Positions 14,515-28,676 of a stretch of 64,000 nucleotides of DNA are shown here, piece after piece. The translations under genes and the position numbers were made by a program. This DNA is from Octopus bimaculoides. Its lineage: Eukaryota. The notes under the pieces were generated by a model. It saw only the letters and a program-made list of their open reading frames with translations. It did no database searches and was not told the DNA's origin. Location: positions 3,188,711-3,252,710 of the forward strand of contig NC_069000.1 of NCBI RefSeq assembly GCF_001194135.2, read 5' to 3'. The stretch's first letter is position 1; every line of letters starts with the position of its first letter.

Positions 14515-14704
14515 AAGGCGGTGAGCCGGCAGAAACTTTAGCACGCCGGGCGAAATTCTTAGCGGTATTTCGTCTGTCTTTACGATCTCAGTTCAAATTT
14601 CGCTGAGGTTAACTTTGCATTACATCCTTTCGGGGTCGATAAATTAAGTACCAATTGCGTACTGGAGTCGAAGCAATCGACTGGCCCTCTCCCCCAAAAT
14701 TTCG
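14515..14704 (+). mobile_element. SINE family 1 (well-preserved copy)
   Basis: AAGGCGGTGAGCCGGCAGAAACTTTAGCACGCCGGGCGAAA..GTTCAAATT..CATCCTTTCGGGGTCGATAAATTAAGTACC..CCCCCAAAATTTCG. Confidence 0.9.
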
Positions 14705-14788
14705 ATAGGATTGATAGTTCAAATCACTTGAAAAAGTGTCTTCTATAATGAACATCTGTGAATCTCTTGCACTCACACACACACACAC

Positions 14789-14836
<48 letters not shown>

Positions 14837-16532
14837 GACGCGGTGTATGTGGTTGGGGACGGAGGAAAGGCTAGTTAGTTGTGTCTCTCAGAGAGTCATT
14901 CATTCGAAGTGGAACACAGACGAAAGTGAGCAGCGGTCTCAGTTTCACCTGTTACTCGTACGCACCACTAAACTCTCCACAGAACGAACTCCCAAGAGAC
15001 CTTTATACTGGCACGATTTGCTAGAATCAGAAGTGACATCTACCTCAAACCACACTCTGTTGTGTTTTATAAAAGATCTTTTCATTCAAGGAGGATTATT
15101 TTTTGCTAAACGCCACCAGCAACTAGAATGGGTTCCAGTAAGCGTATAGCGACTGGAATGGATACAAAAACTCATCATTTATATTCCGTACACAAAATCA
15201 ATTTATTTTATCTTCACTAACTTAAATCCTTCTCTCTCTAATAATAATTACTGCTTTCGCAGTAGATTACGGCATTTCCATCTTCACTAACATAACTTCC
15301 GTTTTAAATATAATTTAAATCATGACTGTTTTATTTTCTCCTGTTATTCTAAAACATTTTTCTAGTTATTTAGTCTGAAACAACATAGAAACTTGCCTCG
15401 CTTTTTCTGAGATATGACTCACTAACTTTGAACCAGCCATTTTCATTATTAATCTACTGCAGTTTATTAAACCGAGATGTGGAAGCTAGTTCCGCATCAT
15501 AATCATAAATTTCGATCATAAAATATAATCCTAATAATAGCAAAAGAGCGAAAAATTGAAAAGAAAGCAGCGAAGAAAATACAAGTACCGTTTGCTTAGT
15601 CAGATGCACGTCTCGATCGATTTTCTATGTGAAATGAAAAAACGTGCAAGTATTTTTAAGAAAGTTTTCATGTTATGAACACAAACAAAGATGGTCAATT
15701 TATTGAGAAGAAAACCGCCATGTTATTAAAATACTTTGATATATTTTCTTTAATAAATATGTGTGAAGCGATATGTTTTCTTTCTTTATTCTTCTTCATC
15801 TTTGCGTTATAGTTATTTTAGTAGGTTTTTTTTCTTTTCAATTTTTGTTTTTGTATTTTGGTGGAAGTACTTAGCCATTTATTAGATTCCTCCACTTGGT
15901 AGCAAATTTACTTGAATACGATAAAGTTCAGACATATTTTTAATTTTATTAATCAAAAATTCTAATCTAAACAAATTACCATTTTAAATTCAGATTAAAA
16001 ATTGCCATTTTAACTCTTCTGTAAATCAATAACACGTCCATTATATTAAAAAAATGTATTTTTATAAATGTCATCTATTTATTTTTATTATAATTTTGTT
16101 TGATTATTTGTAGTATTTTATTCTATTTTATGACTGTATTTTGGTTTCATACAAGAGATATCGGCATAAAACATTTATAACGTATATGTTAATTTTATTT
16201 ACTAACCCACAAGTGAAAGCATTAGGTAACTACCTAGCATAATGTTTTCTAATTATTCATTTACAATATAGCTACGATTTGCGTCTTTTATACATTTTCT
16301 TTGGTTATTTTAAACCATTTCTTTATTTTCCATTTAACACTAGTAACCTTCAATGTGATGGAAGCTAAATGGAATTTATGATCTTGCAACATTTTGTCAG
16401 CAACATAAACAAATTTAAAGTGTTTCCGACGGTGCGACGTAATCGTCTCGTGTTCCCAGCATAACGCAAGCTAAAATACCCTCACTACAGCTGTAATTTA
16501 ACTAGGCTACTTTTTTGGACGTATTAAATGGG

Positions 16533-16583
16533 ACCCTAACCCTAACTCTAACCCTAACTAAACTAGACTAAACTAAACTAAAT
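16533..16583 (+). repeat. Short interstitial telomere-like (CCCTAA)n grading into (CTAAA)n
   Basis: ACCCTAACCCTAACTCTAACCCTAAC followed by TAAACTAGACTAAACTAAACTAAA. Confidence 0.7.
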
Positions 16584-17036
16584 ATATGATTTTTTACTGA
16601 AGAAGTGACTGAACTAAATATATAATTTTTACTCAATAAGTGAAATAATAAAGGAGAACGCCATTAAAATTCTTATGTTTTCAAGCCATAGAAAAGCCAT
16701 ACAAATGTAAGTGCGAGAAAAAAAAATCAGAGATAAAGTGGTTAAAATATATGAAGACAAAGATTGAAATATGAAGAAGAAAAATGGTTGAAGTCATAGA
16801 GAAAGAATAACTCTTTCTTTTTAAATAGGTTTGGTCTTGGGGTAGACATGATAGTAAAGAGTTTAACATCTGGTTGCAAGGTGAAGTACAAGCTATTTCA
16901 TTTGATATACGACATATTGCCTAATATTTGAAGGAATCAGAACTCAATTAGCGTAGAGTGTCGTATACATACAATACGTATACCCGCTGAATATTGATAC
17001 TTGTTCTTTTACACACACAAGCACACTTATATGCTT

Positions 17037-17086
<50 letters not shown>

Positions 17087-17312
17087 GATAGATAAATACA
17101 CATTCTGTAGATACATATGTGTCTGTGTGTGTATGTGCGAGTTTGTGCGTGTAATATATATAAAATCGTGTGTATCAGAAACATTTTTAACTCGAACGCA
17201 CAACTACTTTCACCGCGTTTAACCTTTTTATTGACAAGGTTTATATTGTTCCTTAAAGCTACTCATTAATACAATTGTCGATGTAAATATAGGAAATAAC
17301 GAACTCATATAT

Positions 17313-17353
<41 letters not shown>

Positions 17354-17778
17354 CAATATGACGTTATTGAATTTATAAACGGTTAATTTGAATTGATAAC
17401 TCGGTCGGCTGACCCTTCTTCTTGGGTCCTACATCACCGAATATTGGTGGTTGTTATTTGCAAGGAACGTGCCATGCAATATCTAGTAGCTTTTATTATT
17501 ACTGTTTGTTGTTCATTAATATTCAAAATACGTGTTGTTTCTTTTATTGTAAACTACGCAGTGTTTGAGATGATAAGTAATATTTATGGTAACATTTATT
17601 GCTATTTAACGACTTTGAACTCTTGCAGATTATAGCAAAATACAAGAAGTGAAGATATGACATCAACTTTAAGAGATTTATTTCCATCCACGTGACTATG
17701 GTTTCGCTCTCTCATTCTCAGGCTTTGGCATGTGTCTCTTGTCATAGAGTCAGCAGCTGGTCCTGTACATGCGTGTGT

Positions 17779-17905
17779 ATCTTTTCTTTGCTTCAGTAAT
17801 TGGGCTGTAGCCAAGCTGGGGCACCACCTCGAAGGGTTTCAGTCGAACGAATCGATCTCAGTATTTGTATTTTTGTAAGCCTGGTATTTACTTTATCGAT
17901 CACTT
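17779..17905 (-). mobile_element. SINE family 2, 3' part
   Basis: GCTGTAGCCAAGCTGGGGCACCACCTCGAAGGGTTTCAGTCGAAC..GTAAGCCTGGTATTTA. Confidence 0.75.
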
Positions 17906-17975
17906 ATATGCATATTCTTATATGTATATATACATTATACGTACATTTATCTCCCATATGTATAGACAGTTATTG

Positions 17976-18038
<63 letters not shown>

Positions 18039-18713
18039 GAGAGTATTGTAGTTCTTTACATATATATATATATAGATATTGTCAGAGAGACACACATGTA
18101 TAATCATTATATAACTGTATGTGTAAGTGAGTTAGTGCATGCAAATGTATACACATATCTATATGTGTATAGAACGTCGATATTTATGTGTTTATAACGC
18201 AGGAAATTACTTAATTCAAATATCCTAATGATACACTCACTTTCTAACTTAACATTTAACCACGAGTTGAAATCAATTTCCAGGGGTCAAACTTACTCAC
18301 GCTGCTTATTATGTTTAGCCAGAGCAGTTTATAATTGTATATTGACAACAGCATCAAAATATATTGTTCAGCTCAAAGCCCCTTTCTTTCTAAACATGAA
18401 GTCCATACAAATCATGAATTTTTGTTGTGATTTATTTTTTTTTTTCCATAATTTTGTTTGCCAATGTTTTATAAATTTGTAGTCTGAAATATGTTAGTTG
18501 TTATTATTGTACTTTCTTTTTTCTTACTGTTTTTTTTTATTGTTGTTGCCTTTGGTTGCATTTGTTTTTGTCTAACCCTCAAACTGTTCTCTTGTGGTAC
18601 ATACTAACAATGAATTTCATTGGAGTCGTGATCGTCTCTTCGTTTTCATTCACATTCTGCCAGTGCTTTATTCCTGTATTATTAGGATTATTATTGTCAT
18701 TCTTCTTATTATT

Positions 18714-18900
18714 CACCGGGCAAAGTGCTTAGCGACGAACCGTACGTCCTGAGTTCAAATTACGCTGAAGTCGATTGTGCCTTTCCTCCATTCGGGGGTT
18801 CATTAAAAAAGTCCCTGTTGAAGACTTGGATCGATTAGATCGACTCATCCCCCACCTCCCCCAAAATTTCGGGCCTTGTGCCTTTAGTAGAAAAGATTAT
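18714..18900 (+). mobile_element. SINE family 1, 5'-truncated
   Basis: GAGTTCAAATT..CCCCCAAAATTTCGGGCCTTGTGCCTTTAGTAGAAAAGATTATT tail. Confidence 0.8.
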
Positions 18901-19753
18901 TATTATTATTACCAATATTATTTATATCATCGTTGTTTTACTTCTCAGAGAGTTCGGTCTTGTTTACTTCGGTAGATTCTGTGAGACCTTTATGAAAAAT
19001 GAACCGCATATATAGTAGGAAAGTGACTTGATGGCACAATCGGTGGAGCATGAGAAAAAATAATTGCTTTATTGTGCCATCAAGTCACTTTCCTAATATA
19101 TATGCGGTTTATTTTGCATAAAAGTCCGAGCGTTCGAATAAGGGTTAGTTGTACTGATAAATACAAGAACTTTATTTTGTTGTTCTCTCGTAAATATCCT
19201 GAATAGGATTTGAACACAGAACGTAATAACTAAATAAATAAATAGATAAATAAAAAAAGACTAGAGTATCTAAATAATGTAAAGCATTTAGTCCGCTGCT
19301 TCTTTACCGAAATTATAATTTTCATTTATAATAAAAGCAATAACGATAAGATCAACAAAAATATCAACTGATCACACAATGATGACAGCATCATCAAGAA
19401 CAAAACGAAGAATATGGATAGAGAAACAACAAGAAGAAAAAATGCATTATCGATAGTACTGAATATGCAATTCCAGGAAGCCTCAAGAACAGCTGTTGCA
19501 AATGGACACATCAATAAAAAAAGTAGACAAATGGTATAAAATATATATAGAAAAAAAAGAGAGTTGGTTAAAAATACATTAATAATAAAAGCAAAAATCT
19601 GAAACAATACAAAAATGAAAATAGCAACAGCTACAACAATAGCAACGACAAGAATGATTTGAAAGAATTACAACAATGGAAGAAGTTGAAATTCCATCAG
19701 TGAAAACTTAGTACTGTAATTGCATTGCCTACTAATAAATGGAACACACACAT

Positions 19754-19797
<44 letters not shown>

Positions 19798-19858
19798 GAC
19801 AAAATGAGATAACAAAGCTAAGGCTGTGAGGAGTTTTCAGGGTATTTATAAGGAAATA

Positions 19859-19906
19859 CTCTTACAGCTGTTTCTAGGATATTATGAACATCTCTTCATA
19901 GGAGAC
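19859..19906 (-). ncRNA. Minimal type-I hammerhead motif, family B copy 1 (core mutated)
   Basis: Minus strand: GTCT-CCTATGA-A-GAGATGTT(CAT)AATATCCT-A-GAAA-CAGCTG-TA-AGAG. Stem III has the palindrome ACAGCTGT; the CUGANGA core is altered to CCUAUGA. Confidence 0.6.
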
Positions 19907-20446
19907 GGTGTGAGAAGGTCAAATACAGGAAATATTTGACTTCGAATTATTATGGAAAAGGAGGAGATAAAGAATATAGAGGGAAATAAGAGAATGAAAG
20001 TAGAAATAAGACATATAAAGATATTGTAGTTGCAGTTCTATTATTTGAGAAAAATGGTGTATAGAAATGGTAAAAAAGTTTCCTGTACATCGTGTTTAAG
20101 TTCCAATAGCAGTTCATGTTTTGTCATTTCAAAGCATGGAGCCGTGGAGTGTGTTGGATTTTGTGGTGTGAATATATAAACACATTTATAAATTCAATGG
20201 TGTTAGTACAATGGCATCTTCATAGTACATTACTGGTACTATGTTTCAGCAATACCAGAAAGATGTAAGTCTTCGCTGAAACTCAGGGCGAATTAAACCT
20301 AGAACTTAAACAGCTGGAAAAAAAAACTACATAGGTGTCTACTCCGTGCGTTTAACGCATTTGCTAGGGAGCAAAACAAGGGCTAACAAAGAGAGAAATA
20401 TGATCGATATATGATAAACTGGAAGAAGCGCAAAAATGTGTGTATG

Positions 20447-20526
<80 letters not shown>

Positions 20527-22673
20527 TACAAACATACATGCATGTATGTGTACAACACAACAACAAACCACGAAGATCAAGAACAACGATATCTATCAAG
20601 CAATCCGGTGTATGACGAACCGTGATTCAACATGAATAAAATCGGATGACAAACATCGGGAAATGGAATTGTGTGTGGGTGCACGTGCGCGTGCGTAGTG
20701 GTTATCTTGGGCAAAAAACGAATAGCGGAGGCCTGATGATGGTTAGGTGGGAGTGGTGAACGTGTTTATGTTCTGTGGTAGCGATATAAAGATGAGTAAA
20801 GACGAGTAAACAATTTCGCTTCGAATTTTCCAGCGCTTTTGGCAATCCAGATAAGAATTTAACGCAACCATGCATATCTCTGGGAAGAAGTGTTGTGTTA
20901 TGTTGAAGGAACGATGGAAGCGCTAGTGTTACTGAGGTAAGACGACATTTTGAGGTGCCGAGATTGATAACGAGAACAATCGGAGCAACAACCTCAATAT
21001 CAGCAACAGCTGCAGCAGTTACAGCAGCAGAAGCAATAACAAGAACAGCAGCAACAATCTCTTCAGTAGCTACATAGCTAAATATTTATTTCAATATGAT
21101 AATATTGAAATATATTTTGCCGTTGAGGCATAAAGGATGAACATCGATTGAAAGCATAAACATAACAGTTTATTCAGACAAGGCACAAGGCCAAAATTTT
21201 CGGAAGGAAAAACTTGGCATAGATGATTGGATAGAATCGAAACCAATATATCGCTCATTTTATGCATATTGATTATGGTTGCGTTTAATATGTGACTAAA
21301 CTAGCAAATGTCCCATACGTAAAACAACGTTTAACTTTACCTAAATGTTTGAATGCTGCCTTACTTATGACGCACCTCAAATTGTCAACATTTTTCTTTA
21401 CTTTTCAATAATGCATTGGGGCTGACCACGTATATTGTTGCCTCTCCTGTGCTGCCATCAAGTGGTGTGTTCCTGCGCATCGATGCACCTTTCCATGCTT
21501 TTCTAATCAGTTAATCACTGAATTGGAAAAGTCATCAGAGCGTCGGATAATATCCCTGGCAGTATTAGATCCTACTCTCAAAGCACTGATTTCGAATCCT
21601 GTCGATGACAGCTTCGCTTCGCGTAATTTTGAGATAAATTAACAAAGTACCATTCACTGATGATCGATGAAGTGGTCGTGTGACATTCCTTTCCATGCGT
21701 TATTTTAATTCTGTACGACACAAGCGCAATCCTCCCCAATGTTATATACATACCAAAGTACACAAGCATACACACATACATACATATGTATATGAGCATG
21801 CGCACAAAATGAAAAGAACCTTGTTCCGATAAGGGACAGAGTCAGTAACTATCGAAAATGTTGGAAGATGCTACGAGAGGTTTAGTAAAAATAAATTAGT
21901 ACATGAGTGGAAATCACACCGGTGAGTGTGTTAAATAATAAGGCACTAAAAGAGAATGGCTTTTCCCAGACAGAATAATATATGCTAAAACACACGAGTT
22001 CACATAAAGAATCTTTCAAACCAAATACAAAACGAAATTATATGCATTTATATAATTAATAATACAAAAACACAAGAAAAACAACAACGTGATGACGTGG
22101 CGCATGCAAAGTATCAATAAGACGCTCACACAGAGTAATAGGCACGTACAAGTATATCTAGTGTACACACACACACACACACACGTATATATATATATAT
22201 ATACATGCATACACACATTTTTATATGTATGGTTCTATATATATGTGTAGAGTGTTAGTTTGGAAAAGCATACTGTGCGTGTAGCAACAAACAGATATGT
22301 CAACAAAAATGATACATCATAATCGCATGTATGTATGTGTATATATATAGAGAGAGAAACAGGGAGAGGCGGGGGAGACATATAGTGAAATGTTCAAAGA
22401 AACTGTACATAATATGAGGACATATTTACATCTGCACAGTAAGTACTGTATTACATTACAATAGGTTGACCTCAGGCGCTTCAGATATTTCTACTCACAA
22501 GAACTTTATCAACGAGTCAAGTTATGTTATGAATGTCTACTTTCATTCTTCTAAGCATTATTTAACTTTATATGATGCAGTATGAGAGATATTAGTGTGT
22601 CTGGTTGCGAATACTACAAATAAACCACCCTCCGCTCTCCTCGATTCTCATTAATAGAGATATAATACTGTAA

Positions 22674-22708
<35 letters not shown>

Positions 22709-22785
22709 AACGTAACCTGAGAATAGATAAGAATCAAACATACAGTTTTTCTTTATGCTATACAGAAGATTGTTTGTTTGTTCTT

Positions 22786-22825
<40 letters not shown>

Positions 22826-23479
22826 TATACGCATACAGTGAGAGAGAGAGAAAGAGGTACAAGCACTAATGAGAGGCACTTACACATATATACGTGTACG
22901 CATGTGTATTATATAGGCGTATATACGTTTGTTAGTGTGCTAATGTGGCTGTAGTAACACCCGTATTAACACATTAGATATAGATTACTAGATAAAGATG
23001 TGCATGTATTTAAATTTTACGCGAGCAAAATCACTGACGTCTAAAGACACGCACACACACACACAAAAACACATTCATAAATACATACACAAACATATAG
23101 ATCGCTGTAAATATGTAAGCACACACGCACACCCCACAACACACACACACACATACTTATATATACATATATACTGTTGCCCATAGACACCTATCGATGC
23201 GATTGAAATCGAAAGAATGCACATCGGAAACAGAAGAGGGGGGGGATACGTTTCAGAACATGAGAACACGAAAGATAATTCTCAGAAGCTAAGACATTCT
23301 TCATAAAGCAACCAATGCCATTACTGGCATTGGTTTCCTTGCGAATTCTAAGATTTCATCCTCAAAGACAGTAACACGTTCTAATAACTCTCTCTTCTGA
23401 AGGTACGCATTATACTTCTTACTAAATGCATTGAGAATCTGTTTCGGTTATGTGTCGTTCTATGTAAACAGACATTCCG

Positions 23480-23762
23480 TCGATGAGCATTCCAGGTGAT
23501 CCGATCAACAGAACACCCTGCTAATGAGATTAACATGCATGTGGCTGAGCACTCCACAGACACGTTTACACTCAGTGAGTTTCAGCGTGACACAGATTGT
23601 GAACTTTTGAAATGCATGTACCGCTCAGTTTTGCCAAATGAATCGACAGGATTGACGTGAATAAAATGTCTTGCTGAAGGATGCAATGCATCTGCGGAAG
23701 GTGAACTCATGACCTACCGATCGTGAGTCGAATAAACTAACCACTATGCCATGCGCCTTCAC
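23480..23762 (-). mobile_element. SINE family 3 (tRNA head GTGAAGGCGCATGG.., long conserved tail)
   Basis: Reverse complement of the 59578-59904 copy (TTCCAGGTGATCCGATCAAC..GTGGCTGAGCACTCCACAGACAC..TTCAGCGTGACACAG; head CGATCGTGAGTCGAAT..CATGCGCCTTCAC). Confidence 0.8.
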
Positions 23763-25478
23763 CCCTCACTAAAGTCATATCACTCTATATACTTTTTTAT
23801 CTATCTGTCTGTCTGTCTTTCTGTCTATCAGTGTATATTTTTGCCAAGATTCTTACCGTTCTACTCAGTTATCTGCTTATCTCCTTACCAACCTAGTACA
23901 TTACTACTTAACTTCTTATCATTTCTTTATTCTTTATGCGATTTCATTCATATATCAATCAGTCATTCGTTACTTCTTAACACTACTATCACGCTTTTCT
24001 ACACATCTCTTCCATCGCTGTTTGTAAGAATTTATTTATAAACTAAAATATACAACACATTATGACACCGTAAACACGCACACAGACATATTATGGCAGT
24101 AATAAACTGACACAGAACACTAAATATGTATATATACAACATGCGTAAAAGATTATACGTGGATGGATGGATAGATAAATGAATGCTTATATATAAATTT
24201 ATACCTGTGAGGTCTAATGGTTTGCTTCATGATCATGAATTCAAAGGCAAACTCCAGATTAGAGAGAGACTCAGTGTATGTGTGTGTTTATGTGCGTATA
24301 TTTCGTAACCTTTTTGACTCCACTAATAATATTCAATGAATCGTTTTATTTTAAACATCTCTAAAACACACAAACACCCGGCACCCTCACGAAGAGGATA
24401 ATGTAAACCCAAAGCATTTAGCTAATCACATTGATTACAAATATTTCACAGAGATAATTTGCAGCTCAAAATGAGTACGGAAATGGCATACGTAATGCTT
24501 AATCAATGTTAAAACGACCATATTCACTCATTTAAGAACGCAAACAGATCTAAGGCAACATGATATTTATGATGTAGGGAACTGAAAAATAGGGCTTTAA
24601 ACATACATTAAATAGCTAGAATGAAATAAAATGTTCATGATTCTGTTGTAGAGAAGAAAGAACCATGCATACCCTGCACGACAGAGAAATCTGCAGATTG
24701 TCTTTTGGAGATAACATCTTCTGTACAAATATTCTGAATACATTGTATTGCGTATATGTCAGATCTTACAAACATGTATATAGGATTAATTAAGTAGTAC
24801 GCTAGTTTTTTCGTGTATTAGTCTTAGAATACACTATGAGGTAGGGTCTTATAACGTTATATAAAATAAAAAATTCTTTTTTTTTAAATTTACATTTTTG
24901 AATGAGAAAGCAATCCTTAAAAGATCTAAATTATATAAAATGATAATCACCATTCATTCTACTTTCCTTACACCGATTTAATAATTTAATACTGTTGTGT
25001 TTTTACCATTTGTATTCATATCGGTGTTCTTACCAACATCTGCTGATTCTCCTCAGCATTAATAAAAAATGTTTCTTAAAAGAACCTCTGTTAAATACGC
25101 GAGTATGTATTTGCTGCTCAAACAAACATGTGTGTGCCCTGTGTGTGTTTGTGAATATATGGACGCACTACAGGGTGCGTGCAAGTTGCTAAACAGATCT
25201 CTATCACCTGTCAGGTGGGGATACGAAAGCTGTAGACAGTTTCCGGAGATAAAAGAAAGAGCATTGATCAACCAGGGAACTTCCGGATTCGAGCATATCA
25301 TAAACTATCTCTATTCTGATATTCTAAGTTCATTTTCTTATTCTTTGACTCATTTTCTCTCCTACACCTCACTTTGCTTCTTTCTATCTTACACAAAATA
25401 TATATATACGTATGCCTGTAAGGTTGTGATTCTCTATGAGGGAGAGGGAGAGAGAGAGAGAGAGTTGGCGTGTGAGTG

Positions 25479-25537
25479 TTGCATCTATTTAGAAATATTA
25501 GTTTGCATCTATTTAGAAATATTAGTTTGCATCTATT
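25479..25537 (+). repeat. 24-bp tandem repeat, ~2.5 copies
   Basis: TTGCATCTATTTAGAAATATTAGT x2 plus TTGCATCTATT. Confidence 0.9.
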
Positions 25538-25817
25538 ATATCGTCTCTTCATTAACAAAATGGGCCGAAACTGAGAGTATAGGAACGAAGCAAGGAGGTA
25601 ACATTTGAGTCAAGCATTCAACTTGGAATGAACCTGAAGTCCCGTGATCGCAAAACAACTTTCTCAGTCACTCAACAACACATACATGTTTAAATGTATA
25701 AATCGATTGGAAAGAAATTTATGAAGAAAAAAATAATGCGGTTCGTAAGAGAAAGATAGAGAATGAGAGAGAAAGTGAGAGAGAGAGAGAAAGTGAGAGA
25801 GAGAGAGAGAGTGAGAG

Positions 25818-26064
25818 NNNNNNNNNNNNNNNNNNNNNNNNNNNNNNNNNNNNNNNNNNNNNNNNNNNNNNNNNNNNNNNNNNNNNNNNNNNNNNNNNNN
25901 NNNNNNNNNNNNNNNNNNNNNNNNNNNNNNNNNNNNNNNNNNNNNNNNNNNNNNNNNNNNNNNNNNNNNNNNNNNNNNNNNNNNNNNNNNNNNNNNNNNN
26001 NNNNNNNNNNNNNNNNNNNNNNNNNNNNNNNNNNNNNNNNNNNNNNNNNNNNNNNNNNNNNNNN
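25818..26064. other. Assembly gap (247 N)
   Basis: N-run inside a (GA)n tract. Confidence 1.
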
Positions 26065-27498
26065 NGAGAGAGAGAGAGAGAGGGGGGAGAGAGAGAATGA
26101 TATAGTGAAATAGAAAACGAAAAAGAGACAGGTTCAAATAGTAATTTTCTTGATTAATCACTGCCTTATCTATGCGTATATTGTAAATTAGCTAATTAAA
26201 CTAATGTGATTTCGTTAAATGAGTTAAAGACTTAAAGTGACTTTAATTTCACAAAGTTCGGGAAAGTTTTCGGAATGCCACATGTAAGAACTGTCCAATG
26301 ATATAAAGCCGAAAAATCGGTATTTGCTATTGGACCAAACAAAATCGATGTCATTGAAACCAATAATGATACTCTGTGATTCATAGGTGAACTTGAATCA
26401 TTATTCCAAGATTAATAGTCGCCCAATTATAATAAACTTCAAGCAGTCAGCCGATAAGTAAAGTATTTCAACAGGCCGTATATCGTGTTACATATTATAT
26501 GCAATGTATAGTTATTGTTACTACTGCCGCGATCAAACAGGATTATCTTTGATCAAGGCAATTCCAGTCTTGACCATTTCGTTAGAAAAATCAGCACCAT
26601 TAAAACCAGCGTGTACTTTACTAAGACTTGTCGCATTATTAGATTTGATGGCGACTTTGCAGTTTTTTCTTTTTTAGCAGGGTGAGTGACGGGGTAAAAT
26701 AGCGTCTTAGATATCATGCCGATTCTGGTGCTGATGTCTTGTGGCGGAAAAATCTTTAGAGCTTAGCAAAGAATACCTAAATAAAATATATGACATTTTA
26801 TATTTCTTCCATTCTTTTAGTTCCGACTTTAAATCACTGGTTCTCAGGTGGGGTACGATATATATGACGGCTTTCTTTGTGTTGCTGCTACCAAAGCCAC
26901 TAAGAAGGCTTTGGTCAACTTAAGCATATAGTAGAAGATACATTCAGAAGATGCCAAACAAGGATATTGCACCTGGAACTATATGGCTGACAAGCAGGTT
27001 CTTCTTTTATAAGATACCATCTCTGCTTCACTCCAACTGTCTGAGAAGCCTTGTAATGCACAATATGGAGTACATTTCCTCCTTCGTGAAAGGAGAACAT
27101 AAAATGTAATTGTATTCTAAAGCGGTAAAATGTGTTATACTAAAAGAAACATTGCCACCTCAGACTGGTTCATCGACCACATGTGTGAAGAGATATCCTT
27201 TCTCTCACGCAACAGTCGTTTAGGACATTAATTTTCTTACGATGTACGACTGCATGTGTTTGTGTGTGTGTGTCAGTTTCTGTGTATGCACGAAATATAT
27301 ACAAGTGTGTGCATAACGTATGAAAAAAAAAAAAACTCGTGCAGATATATATATATATATATATATATATGTGCATGCTTTTAAATCTACATATATTAAT
27401 ATATGTGTGTGTTGGTATATAAGCATCAGTTTAAATTTGTGTGCGTTTACATATACATACGCATACATACTTTATAAATATATATCGCGACGTGTATG

Positions 27499-27543
<45 letters not shown>

Positions 27544-28402
27544 AATGTGAATATATCTATGCACATATTTGCATGCATATATACAGGTGAGTATAAGTAT
27601 CTATCTTTCAATATATGTGTGCGTGTGCGCGTGTGTGTGTATTACGCACACACATAAATTCACACAAGCAAATAAAGAAACGAAAATACAAGAAGCTCAT
27701 ATTTCATGTAAATACGTTTCATTGAAATGTTTGCGCTTGGTTGAAGAGAACCGAACGACAATGAAGAAGGGAAAAAAAAAAGAGAACAAGTAGAGGCGGA
27801 AAGTATTGGTTTTGGTATCCATCGAAACGCAGACAAAGTTCTTTAAGCCTCTTTGAAATACGGTGTCGCTTGTTACGTATAGAGATTCCAAAGCATGGGA
27901 AACAAGAGACGAAAATTTGTATGCAACGAACAAGAGAATTATGATAAATTTGTGAAAGACAGCGCAGTCAGTAAGTACATCGGCATTTTAGTGGATGGAA
28001 GGTATTGTCACAGCACTGCACGCAGAAACACTGGCGGACAATTGCACATGCACATAAACACAGCCAAGCATAGATGCAAACACACACGCGTACACACATA
28101 TGCTTGAGGCGGTGGGAGAGACTGAGAGTATGCGTTCCCCTCTGTGTATGTCTATAAACAAACGCAACGGTAGAATGTACGCCGGCATATTTGTATATAT
28201 TTGTGGCGGCGGAGGCGGGAACTAACATACGCGCACATATCTTGTATGCAATACTTCGCTGACACGCGGATAGAATCATATATATATATATGCACATATG
28301 TTTACATATATCTATATCTATATGTATACATATATAAATACATACATATACACATACATATATACGTACATATATACGTACATACATGTACTTACACATG
28401 CA

Positions 28403-28477
<75 letters not shown>

Positions 28478-28571
28478 TCATATATTCATATATAGGTACA
28501 CATATATATGAATGTATACGTATGTATATCTATCTATAGATATACACAGGCACACATCATAGTTGGCACAG

Positions 28572-28611
<40 letters not shown>

Positions 28612-28622
28612 ATGGATGTATA

Positions 28623-28676
<54 letters not shown>

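Noticed and set aside
14736-15149. 137-aa ORF as a host exon
   Set aside because: It starts in a microsatellite. The only recognisable hint (ERTPKRPLYW) suggests a heavily decayed LINE C-terminus, too weak to call.
21480-21545. Minus-strand CTGATGA followed by a hairpin and GAAA
   Set aside because: There are four extra nucleotides between the stem and GAAA, and no stem III, NUH site or stem I.
25069-25608. 179-aa ORF
   Set aside because: It runs through GA repeats and the 24-bp duplication, with low-complexity composition and no recognisable motif.
27895-27976. ATG-initiated frame ending at CA|GTAAGT
   Set aside because: Short, no homology, no other support; such donor hexamers occur by chance.
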